Positions 20,912 to 29,829 of a DNA stretch of 64,000 bases are shown here, piece after piece (the first letter of the stretch is position 1; the number at the start of each line of letters is the position of its first letter). The stretch covers positions 65,160 through 129,159 of the forward strand of contig JBNGDF010000006.1 of NCBI GenBank assembly GCA_049975265.1, given 5' to 3'. Under the pieces are notes generated by a model, which made no database searches, was not told the origin of the DNA, and was given only the letters and a program-made list of their open reading frames with translations. This stretch comes from Fidelibacterota bacterium (lineage in GTDB: Bacteria > Fidelibacterota > UBA2242). Both the position numbers and the translations under genes were made by a program.

Positions 20912-20941
20912 GAAATTCCTCCTTAATTGTTATGTTCAATC

Positions 20942-21367
20942 CTATGCAAATTTTATCCTGCGTACAAATTCCGTCGAACTAATTTCGCCATTTGCAAATT
21001 TTACGATATCCTCCCGCTCGGCGGTGGCTACAATATTTTCCATGCCTTTATATTCTACATTCACCACGATTGTCACTTTCTCGACGGATTCTTTATGATA
21101 CACCATCGCCTTTCCGATGGCATAAAACCCAATCGTTAACACCCGGTCAAATTGATTTCGGGCACTCTTGACCGTCATGGTAAACTCTTTTTGCCCATCT
21201 GTGTGGGTAGTCATGTTCATCCGCTCATATTCAACCGGGACCTGATAGGCGGTACAAATCTGCTGGACCGACGAGTAAAACCGGGAATTCGCAAAGACAT
21301 TCAACGTAAAACCGGGAGAGACAATCAACACCATGAGCAGTAAAGAGACACGCTTCATATTTCCCAA
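20942..21367 (-). CDS. Hypothetical exported protein
   Basis: AAGGAGG 7 nt before a TTG start; signal peptide ending VFA; no family recognised. Confidence 0.75.
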   Translation of the reverse strand: MGNMKRVSLLLMVLIVSPGFTLNVFANSRFYSSVQQICTAYQVPVEYERMNMTTHTDGQKEFTMTVKSARNQFDRVLTIGFYAIGKAMVYHKESVEKVTIVVNVEYKGMENIVATAEREDIVKFANGEISSTEFVRRIKFA

Positions 21368-21457
21368 AATGTAACCTCCTTGTGTATAGTTCCCCTGTAT
21401 AATTCGTAGCAGATTTTAGCGTTTTATCGCAACTTTGTCAAATGTTTTTTATGGAAA

Positions 21458-22696
21458 TCACTGCAACGCTCCGGCAGATCGGCTTGCTGTCCAGACTCTC
21501 TTTCCCCGCTTCCAAACCGACCGGATCGAGGGATACCCCAGGAAATACGGTATTCCCTGATAGTGCTGAAACCGCCAGATCACAAAATCCGCCAGCTTGC
21601 CCGCTTCCAGACTGCCGGTTTGCTGCGACAGCGCCAGTGCCCGGGCGGCATTGTGGGTCGCCGCCTGAAGCGCTTCCAGGGGCGTCAGATGTAGTTTCAG
21701 ACACGCCAGCGCAACGACCAGCGGCATGGACTGAGTCATGGAGCTGCCCGGATTAAAATCCGTCGCAATCGCCACCGGCAATCCCCGATCCCACATTTTC
21801 CGTCCCGGAGCATAGCGGTCAGAACCGAGGAAAAAGGTCGTCGCGGGCAGCAGCACCGGCACAATGTTACCCTGCGCTAGCACCTCAATACCTTCCTCAC
21901 TGATCGCAGTCAAATGATCGGCGGATAGCGCACCCAGCCTGACCGCCAGCTGAACCCCGCCAATGGGTTTGAATTCTTCGGCATGCAGGCGAATTCCCAG
22001 ACCCAGAAATTTCGCCGCCTCCAGGACCCGTCGGGATTCATCTACGGAAAACACACCCTCTTCACAAAAAACGTCACAGAATTCCGCCAACCCTTCACGG
22101 GCAACCTGGGGCAACATTTTATTGATTATTACATCAAGGTAACCCTCATGATCATCGCGGTATTCATCGGGATACTCATGCGCCCCTAAAAAGGTACGCA
22201 GAATATCCAGCGGATGATCGGTGGCGAGCTCCTTGAGCAGTTGCAGCGACATCAACTCGCTTTCAGGGGTCAGTCCGTACCCGCTTTTGGCTTCAATCGT
22301 CGTCGTACCAAACTGCAGAAAATCATCCAGCCTGCGCCGCACCCTGTTTTTCAAATCCCCGGCATCCGCCGAGCGCAGACTGCGCACGCTGGACCTGATA
22401 CCGCCCCCGGCTGCCGCAATCTCCAGATAGGATTTCCCCATAATACGCATTTCAAATTCCATTTCCCGCGTATCAAAAAAGACCGGATGAGTATGGGAAT
22501 CCACGAATCCGGGCGTGACCAGCAAACCAGCGGCATCCGCCACATCAAATTCTGCCGAATAGAGGTCGGTCCCGATTTCCCGAACCAGTCCATCCTCTAC
22601 AATCATCTCAACATCATGCAGAACCTCCATGGATTCGGACACCGAATTGTAGCGAACCAGTTCTCCGATATTTCTGACGATCAATGGCTTTGTCAT
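21458..22696 (-). CDS. hutI: Imidazolonepropionase
   Basis: PGFVDSHTH, EAKSGYGL, FLGAH, DVFCE, HAEE, SADHL, ATDFNPGS. Start set at ATG 22696. Confidence 0.96.
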   Translation of the reverse strand: MTKPLIVRNIGELVRYNSVSESMEVLHDVEMIVEDGLVREIGTDLYSAEFDVADAAGLLVTPGFVDSHTHPVFFDTREMEFEMRIMGKSYLEIAAAGGGIRSSVRSLRSADAGDLKNRVRRRLDDFLQFGTTTIEAKSGYGLTPESELMSLQLLKELATDHPLDILRTFLGAHEYPDEYRDDHEGYLDVIINKMLPQVAREGLAEFCDVFCEEGVFSVDESRRVLEAAKFLGLGIRLHAEEFKPIGGVQLAVRLGALSADHLTAISEEGIEVLAQGNIVPVLLPATTFFLGSDRYAPGRKMWDRGLPVAIATDFNPGSSMTQSMPLVVALACLKLHLTPLEALQAATHNAARALALSQQTGSLEAGKLADFVIWRFQHYQGIPYFLGYPSIRSVWKRGKRVWTASRSAGALQ

Positions 22697-22819
22697 AGTA
22701 GAACTCCTGAACAACCTGACTAAACTAATACTTTCCTGCGGATCAATCAAGATTATCCCGAATCTTTAAGTTGAAACGGTGTTCTGAATTGAGTAACTTT
22801 ATTCCGATTATAGTGAGGA

Positions 22820-23443
22820 ATGTCTATGTACAAGCGGTTGTACCCTTTTCTGTTCGGTTTGATCCTCTCCTGTAGCTGTACGACACCGATTAAGACCGGG
22901 ATCGCTGTTCTGGAACTGGACTATCCCCCGACTCTGCAGGTTATCAGGAGAGCAGACTGGGGCTGGCAACCCCTGAAACGGACGCTCCCGACCCACGAAA
23001 TCAGTAAAATCACCCTCCATCACGGCGGCGTGGATTACCCACCCGGTAAAGACCCTGTCAAACATCTGCGCGAATTGCAGCAGTGGAGCAGATCTGAAAA
23101 AGACTGGATCGACATCCCCTATCACTTTATGATTGACCCTGGCGGCGTTATCTACGAGGCACGCCCCATTAACTATCCCGGCGCCACCAACACCGATTAC
23201 GATCCCGCCGGTCACGCCCTTATCTGTTTGATGGGAAATTACGAAAACGCCACCGTCAATCAGGAACAGCTGCAGGCGATTATCGAACTGACCGCCTTTC
23301 TGGCAGAGCAGTTTCACGTTCCGCTCTACGACATCAAAGGTCACAAAGACTATACCGAAACCCTCTGCCCCGGTAAAAATTTCTACCAGTATATAGAAAA
23401 CGGTACGATCCAGAGCCGTGTTCAGGACAGATTGACCAAATGA
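22820..23443 (+). CDS. N-acetylmuramoyl-L-alanine amidase (Amidase_2/PGRP-like), probable lipoprotein
   Basis: Lipobox-like LILSC/SC; ITLHH, WIDIPYHF, GHKDY..TLCPG zinc-ligand pattern. Confidence 0.88.
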   Translation: MSMYKRLYPFLFGLILSCSCTTPIKTGIAVLELDYPPTLQVIRRADWGWQPLKRTLPTHEISKITLHHGGVDYPPGKDPVKHLRELQQWSRSEKDWIDIPYHFMIDPGGVIYEARPINYPGATNTDYDPAGHALICLMGNYENATVNQEQLQAIIELTAFLAEQFHVPLYDIKGHKDYTETLCPGKNFYQYIENGTIQSRVQDRLTK

Positions 23444-23483
23444 TCACTCATCCATTATACAATTTTAAAAAGAGGCGTATTCG

Positions 23484-25532
23484 ATGAACCGTGATTCCTC
23501 CGCCACCGCCATGACCATAAAACTGCCGGCGGAATTACCTCCTCCGGCAACCTTTCAGAAAGGCATTCGCCGGGCACCCAGCCGCGGTTTCCATCTCAGC
23601 CGCAGCGAAACCGTCATCGCCCTGAAAAATGCCCTGCGCTATATTCCCAACGAACTACACCGGGAACTGGCACCCGAATTTCTGCAGGAATTAAAAACAA
23701 TGGGGCGCATATACGGCTACCGCTATCGCCCGCAAGGGCGTATCTGGGGAAAACCGGTGGATCAGTACCGGGGAATTTTAGCCGCCCGGGCGCTGCAGGT
23801 CAATATCGATAACAATCTCGATTTTGAAGTCGCCCTCTACCCCTACGAATTGGTTACCTATGGGGAAACCGGTCAGGTCTGCCAGAACTGGATGCAGTAC
23901 CGCCTGATCAAACAGTACCTCGAAACCATGACCGAAAAGCAGACCTTGGTCGTCAGCTCCGGACATCCGGTCGGTCTGTTTCCCTCAAGCCCGCAGGCAC
24001 CCCGGGTCATCTCTACCAACGGACTAATCGTGGGGGAATGGGACAACCCCGAACATTTTAAGAAACTGGCGGCGATGGGCGTCTCCAATTACGGTCAGAT
24101 GACCGCCGGCGGCTGGATGTACATCGGTCCCCAAGGCATTGTCCACGGAACCTATATAACCCTTTTAAACGCCGGACGAAAGTATCTCAACATTCCCGAC
24201 AACCAGGACCTGCGGGGCATCTGCTTCGTCAGCTCCGGACTGGGCGGAATGTCCGGCGCTCAGGCAAAGGCGGTGGAAATCGCCGGCGGAGTCGGTGTCA
24301 TCGCCGAAGTAGATTACAGCCGGATCAAAACCCGCTACGAACAGGGCTGGGTCAGTAAAGTATCCGCCGATCTGAATCAAATCGCCACCTGGATGTGGGA
24401 AGCGAAAAACTCCGGAGAGGCAGTCTCCATCGCCTTTTACGGCAATATCGTTGACCTGCTTGAGTACCTCGATGAAAAAAAGATCGCCGTGGAATTGCTC
24501 TCCGACCAGACCTCCTGCCACGCCGTCTACGAGGGCGGCTACACGCCAGCCGGGATCCGTTTCGAAGAAGGTCGGGAGCTGATTCAATCCGATCCCCGGC
24601 AATTCAAAACTCTCGTGGACAACTCTCTGAAACGTCATTATCAGGTCATCAAAAGACTCACCGCTAATGGCGCCCACTTCTGGGATTACGGCAACAGCTT
24701 CATGGCTTCGATTTACAACGCCGGGGTGAAAGAGATCGCCCGAAACGGTGTGAATCCCGACGAAGGCTTTATCTGGTCTTCCTATGTGGAGGATATTATG
24801 GGACCTATCTGCTTCGACCGGGGTTTTGGTCCCTTCCGCTGGGTCTGCCTGAGTCGCAAAGACGAAGATTTACACAAAACCGATCAGGCTGCGCTGAGCT
24901 GTATCGATCCGACCCGTAGCTCACTACACCGGGATAACTATCACTGGATCGAAACCGCTGAACAGAACCGGCTGGTGGTGGGCACCAAATGCCGGATTCT
25001 CTACTCCGATGAGGAGGGGCGCATTCGCATTGCCTTAAAGTTCAATCAAATGATCCGAGACGGCGAGATCGGTCCCGTCCTCCTCGGTCGTGATCACCAC
25101 GATGTCGCGGGAACCGACTCCCCTTACCGGGAAACCGCCAACATCTACGACGGCAGCCGGACGACCGCCGATATGTCTGTACAGTGCTTCGGCGGAAATA
25201 TCGCCCGTGGAATGACGCTGGTGGTTCTCTCCAACGGCGGCGGCGTCGGCATCGGTCGCGCCAGCAACGGTGGCAACGCTATTCTGCTCGACGGCTCCGA
25301 ACACGCCGACGATGTCATCCGCAAGGGGCTATCCTGGGATGTCATGGGTGGCATCGCCCGGCGTAGCTGGGCGCGCAATCCCAACGCCCTTCAGACAGCT
25401 GCCGACTGGAATCAAAAACATCCTTCCGATGGTCATATAACCCTGCCCTTTATACCCGATGAATCTCTGATTGAAAAAACCGTTGCGGAAATTTTTCCCG
25501 CCAACTCTTCAAGAGACCCCCTGTCCACATGA
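23484..25532 (+). CDS. hutU: Urocanate hydratase, long form
   Basis: YGQMTAGGWMYIGPQGIVHGT, GLGGMSGAQ, SDQTSCH, GPFRW, GRDHHD, NGGGVG. Confidence 0.97.
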   Translation: MNRDSSATAMTIKLPAELPPPATFQKGIRRAPSRGFHLSRSETVIALKNALRYIPNELHRELAPEFLQELKTMGRIYGYRYRPQGRIWGKPVDQYRGILAARALQVNIDNNLDFEVALYPYELVTYGETGQVCQNWMQYRLIKQYLETMTEKQTLVVSSGHPVGLFPSSPQAPRVISTNGLIVGEWDNPEHFKKLAAMGVSNYGQMTAGGWMYIGPQGIVHGTYITLLNAGRKYLNIPDNQDLRGICFVSSGLGGMSGAQAKAVEIAGGVGVIAEVDYSRIKTRYEQGWVSKVSADLNQIATWMWEAKNSGEAVSIAFYGNIVDLLEYLDEKKIAVELLSDQTSCHAVYEGGYTPAGIRFEEGRELIQSDPRQFKTLVDNSLKRHYQVIKRLTANGAHFWDYGNSFMASIYNAGVKEIARNGVNPDEGFIWSSYVEDIMGPICFDRGFGPFRWVCLSRKDEDLHKTDQAALSCIDPTRSSLHRDNYHWIETAEQNRLVVGTKCRILYSDEEGRIRIALKFNQMIRDGEIGPVLLGRDHHDVAGTDSPYRETANIYDGSRTTADMSVQCFGGNIARGMTLVVLSNGGGVGIGRASNGGNAILLDGSEHADDVIRKGLSWDVMGGIARRSWARNPNALQTAADWNQKHPSDGHITLPFIPDESLIEKTVAEIFPANSSRDPLST

Positions 25533-25978
25533 TCCGCACCGCGACTCTGACCGATCTGGACCCTCTGATCCAACTGGAAAACCACAGTTTCGAGAGCGAT
25601 CAACTAAGTCGCCAAAACTTCCGATATCTGCTCACCAAAGCCAACGCAACAACCCTCGTCGACGCCGACAATCAGCATATTCGGGGCTATGCCATTATTC
25701 TCTACAATTCAGCCACTTCCATCGCTCGCCTCTATTCCATTGTGGTCGGTGCAGAGTACCGTGGTCAGGGCATCGGTCAGCACCTCCTCAAAGCAGCCGA
25801 GGAGGACGCTGTCCGGAACGAGTGCATTGCGCTGCGTCTGGAAGTCCGGCGCGACAATCATAAAGCCATTCAAATGTACATAAAAAACGGCTATAAAGAG
25901 ATCGGTATCCTGAATGATTATTACGAAGACCATATGGAGGCAATTAGATTTGAAAAGAGACTTGCTTCGGAAAAGTAA
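25529..25978 (+). CDS. GNAT N-acetyltransferase (RimI-like)
   Basis: RLYSIVV...YRGQGIG, LRLEVRRDN..AI.MY...GY, DYYED; ATGA overlap with hutU. Confidence 0.9.
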   Translation: MIRTATLTDLDPLIQLENHSFESDQLSRQNFRYLLTKANATTLVDADNQHIRGYAIILYNSATSIARLYSIVVGAEYRGQGIGQHLLKAAEEDAVRNECIALRLEVRRDNHKAIQMYIKNGYKEIGILNDYYEDHMEAIRFEKRLASEK

Positions 25979-26007
25979 AATGTCAACAACCAAAAGATGC
26001 ATTCACC

Positions 26008-27483
26008 ATGTCCGTCCAAATCGTTATTGTTGAAAATCCCAACGACTGGCCGAAAAACTTTCCCGACACCATCGTCGTGACCGCCAAAGACTATATCAGC
26101 CAACCCGACTATTTCACCCTGAAAAATGCCCACATCATCAACCTCTGCCACAGCTATCAATACCTCAGCATGGGCTACTACTGCTCTCTTCTTGCGACGG
26201 CACGTCGCCAGCGGGCGATTCCCCGGGTGCGCACCATGACGGAGCTCAGCCGCAAATCCATTTACAGTATTAATGTCGAAGACTTGGATGATCTGGTTCA
26301 GCGGATTCTGAAAAAAAATGCCAACGGCACCACCGAAATCGAGTTCGATATCTTCTTCGGATTGTGCCAGCAGAACGAGTTCGCTGAACTGGCGAGACAG
26401 ATTTTCGATCTCTTCCGCTGCCCTCTGCTGAAAGTCGAACTCAAATATCACGGTCGCTGGCAAATCGCCAGCATTAAGGCGCTGACGATCAATAATTTAC
26501 CCCGGGAGAAGCATCCCTTTTTCATCGATTCCTTCTATCAATACTCCCAGAAACGCTGGCAAGACCCCCGGGCGCCGAAGCCCTCCCGCTTCGACCTGGC
26601 AATCCTGTACAATCCCCGGGAACAACTTCCCCCTTCCAACCGGCGGGCGCTGAAAAAATTCATTGCCGCCGGTAAAAAAGCCGGGCTAAGTGTCGAATTA
26701 ATTGAAAAAAAAGACTACTCATCGCTTCTGGAGTACGACGCCCTCTTCATCCGTGAAACCACCCAGATCAATCACCACACCTATCTCTTCGCCAAACGCG
26801 CGGAAGCAGAAGGGATGGTCGTAATCGACGACCCCGAATCAATTGTCAAATGCACCAACAAAGTCTACCTGGCGGAGCTGTTGACCGCCAATAATATCCC
26901 GACGCCTCGAACGATCATTCTCAAAGAAGACGATTTACATTACATGAACTACCTGGAGAACCGGATCAGCTATCCGGCGATTCTGAAGATTCCCGACAGC
27001 TCCTTTTCAAGAGGGGTTTTCAAAGCAAACAATCGGACAGAGTTCCTGGAAATTTCCGCCAAACTGTTCGATGATTCCGACCTGATCTTAGCCCAGGAAT
27101 ACATGTATACTGAATACGATTGGCGCATCGGGATTTTCAACCGCCAACCGCTGTTTGCCTGTTAATATTTTATGTCAAGAAAACACTGGCAGATCGTCCG
27201 GCACACCTCTTCCGGACGCTTCAGCGAAGGAAAATTCGAAAGCTTTACCATCGCAGAGGTACCCGCTGCCATCATTAATCTTGCCCAAAAAGCCGCCGGC
27301 TTGATCGGCAACGGACTTTATGGCGTAGACCTGAAAATGGTCGGTAATAAACCCTACGTCATCGAGATTAATGACAATCCCAATATTGACGCCGGGGTCG
27401 AGGATAAACAGCTGGGTGCCCAGCTATATGAGATCATTATGAGTGAATTCGTACGCCGCATTGAAATGAAAAAATCACGCTGA
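26008..27483 (+). pseudogene. RimK-like ATP-grasp ligase with RLAN-type N-terminal domain, interrupted by an in-frame TAA at 27163-27165
   Basis: INLCHSYQYLSMGYYCSLLA (RLAN), ALFIRETT, CTNKVY, LKIPDSSFSRGV; reading through the stop gives PLFAC*YFMSRKHWQI...GLYGVDLK...VIEINDNPNID in the same frame. Confidence 0.85.
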
Positions 27484-27571
27484 GTAAAAAAACTGCCAAA
27501 CTGTGAAAAGATCCTCCAAAACAGAAATCAATCAATGGCAAAAAGGAATAGATTAAACAAAAGGAGAACCA

Positions 27572-28114
27572 ATGATTCCAAAGTACTATTTTCTCACCAA
27601 AGGTCAGGGGCGGCATAAGGACTATCTGCAATCCTTCGAACTGGCGCTGCGCAATGCCGGCATTCAGCATTGCAATCTGGTCACCGTATCCAGTATCCTG
27701 CCGCCCGGATGTAAGAAGATTTCCAGAAAAAAAGGTGAGGAAACCCTGAAACCGGGGCAGATTACCTATGTCGTCATGTCAAAAAATTCAACCAACGAAC
27801 CCAACCGCCTGATCGCCGCATCGGTGGGTATTGCCATTCCTGCCGACGCCGATGCCCACGGTTATGTGTCGGAACACCACTCTTACGGACAGACCGATGA
27901 GGTCGCCGGTGATTATGCCGAGGATCTGGCAGCCACCATGCTGGCGACGACCCGGGGCGTCAAATTCGATCCGGAACAGGCTTGGGATGAACGCAAGCAG
28001 ATTTACCGTTCCAGCGGAATGATCATCCGCACCAGTCAGATTACTCAATCCGCCCAGGGCAACAAAAACGGACTCTGGACAACGGTTTTGGCAGCAGTGG
28101 TTTTCGTCATGTAA
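27572..28114 (+). CDS. pdaD: Pyruvoyl-dependent arginine decarboxylase
   Basis: [23 protein letters not shown] (Ser-Ser self-cleavage site), GYVSEHH; AAGGAG RBS. Confidence 0.9.
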   Translation: MIPKYYFLTKGQGRHKDYLQSFELALRNAGIQHCNLVTVSSILPPGCKKISRKKGEETLKPGQITYVVMSKNSTNEPNRLIAASVGIAIPADADAHGYVSEHHSYGQTDEVAGDYAEDLAATMLATTRGVKFDPEQAWDERKQIYRSSGMIIRTSQITQSAQGNKNGLWTTVLAAVVFVM

Positions 28115-28202
28115 TGCGGTCCTGTAAATCCGCTTTTATCATTGCTCCATATTGTTAAATTTTATGGTGCGCTGTCCGTTTTCATTCAAAAAGAGGATTT
28201 CC

Positions 28203-29522
28203 ATGAAAGTAAACACCGTAAAAACCGTATTTTTCATACTTCTGGCAAGCAGCGGATATATTCGTGCCGCCGACTGGACCGATGCCGCTATAAACCCGCT
28301 CCCCACACCCATTCCTGACCATATTATTTTAAACTGTACCACCGATCCCGCCCACTCAATGGCGGTAACCTGGCGGACCGATACGTCGGTTTCGGAAGCC
28401 TGCGCAGAAATCGCTGTCGCCGATGCCTCCTTCAACTACATCTTCTACACCGAAAGCACCCCCGCCAAAACCGAATTGCTGAAGGATGGAGATTATGCCG
28501 CTCATTATCATTCAGTTGTTTTTGAAAATCTGAAACCAAATACCCTCTATGCCTATCGTGTCGGTACTGCGGACACCTGGAGTGAATGGCTCCAATTCCG
28601 GACCGCCGGTGAGGCAAACGAGCCCTTTACATTTCTCTATCTCGGAGATGGTCAAAACGCTATCCTTTCACTCTGGTCACGAGCCATCCGCGCCGCTTAC
28701 AGCGCTGCACCGGAAAGCCGCCTGATCATTCACGGTGGCGATATCGTCGCCAGTGGTGACTCGTACACCGAATGGAGCGAATGGCACACCGCCGCCGGCT
28801 GGATCAACGCTATGATCCCCAACGTACCAGTCTCCGGCAACCATGAATACTACCACGGACCTGGACGGGACCGCTATCTGACCGACTTCTGGTTTGCCAA
28901 TTTTACCCTCCCGGAAAACGGGATACCGACACTCCCTGAAAGTAACTACTTTTGCGACTACCAGGGCGTTCGCTTCATCATCCTGAATGGCAACGAAAAA
29001 ATCGGAGAACAGGCAGTCTGGCTGAAATCCGTGTTAAAAAACAATCCCAACCGTTGGACCGTCGCCGCCTTTCACCAAACTATTTACGCTGCCACCAACA
29101 ATCGCGACCACAAAGAGATTCGCGAAAACTGGAAACCGCTCTTCGATCAATACCATGTGGATCTTGTCCTGATGGGACACGACCACGCCTATGCCCGCGG
29201 GCATAATGTCGACCCCAAAACCAAAATCAAAGCCCCCTATACCGGACCGGTTTATGTGGTCTCGGTCAGCGGACCGAAATTTTATCATGCCAATCAAGAC
29301 CGCTGGATGGACCGCGCCGGCGAAAACACCCAGCTCTATCAGATTATCAGGATTGATAAGGATGTCCTGCACTATCAATCCTATACTGTCACCGGCGAAC
29401 TCTACGACGAATTCGAAATCCGGAAGCAATCCCGGGGACCCAATCTCTTCATCGATCAACAGGATCGCGCGATTCCCGAACGAACCTTCCGGAACTCACT
29501 GTCAAAACCGACCGGCAAATAG
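28203..29522 (+). CDS. Exported purple acid phosphatase-type metallophosphoesterase with FN3-like N-domain
   Basis: Signal peptide; LKPNTLYAYRVG; GDGQ, GGDIV, GNHE, FH, GHDH motifs. Start at ATG 28203 after AGAGGA. Confidence 0.9.
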   Translation: MKVNTVKTVFFILLASSGYIRAADWTDAAINPLPTPIPDHIILNCTTDPAHSMAVTWRTDTSVSEACAEIAVADASFNYIFYTESTPAKTELLKDGDYAAHYHSVVFENLKPNTLYAYRVGTADTWSEWLQFRTAGEANEPFTFLYLGDGQNAILSLWSRAIRAAYSAAPESRLIIHGGDIVASGDSYTEWSEWHTAAGWINAMIPNVPVSGNHEYYHGPGRDRYLTDFWFANFTLPENGIPTLPESNYFCDYQGVRFIILNGNEKIGEQAVWLKSVLKNNPNRWTVAAFHQTIYAATNNRDHKEIRENWKPLFDQYHVDLVLMGHDHAYARGHNVDPKTKIKAPYTGPVYVVSVSGPKFYHANQDRWMDRAGENTQLYQIIRIDKDVLHYQSYTVTGELYDEFEIRKQSRGPNLFIDQQDRAIPERTFRNSLSKPTGK

Positions 29523-29829
29523 TAGACCTCCTTGCTTAAGCCAGTCCGGTAAACAACAATCGGGACCAGTCTAATCACCGATTCCAATTCTTAACAATTA
29601 CCGGTAATTCCCCCAAGAGAGCGGAATAAATAATTTAAGTTTATACTAAATATTCTTAATATTTTTTTAATATATGGTCATATAATTTATTATCCGACGA
29701 AATATTGCCCAAATACATAGATATTATTTGAAAAAAAGAAAACATATCTTAACTTTTGCCGTATTCAGAAGAAACCAATCATTTCTTCACATAAATCAAT
29801 TTAATACTGAGAACTATAAAGGATGGGCA

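Noticed and set aside
27163..27165. Genome-wide stop-codon reassignment or Sec/Pyl recoding
   Set aside because: The codon is TAA, not TGA or TAG, and TAA terminates many intact genes here (e.g. thyX, gltB, gltD, lon).
29728..29829. N-terminal extension of GltB in the ORF track
   Set aside because: TTG start within AT-rich leader; ATG 29830 has an AAGGA RBS and gives a normal propeptide before the catalytic Cys.
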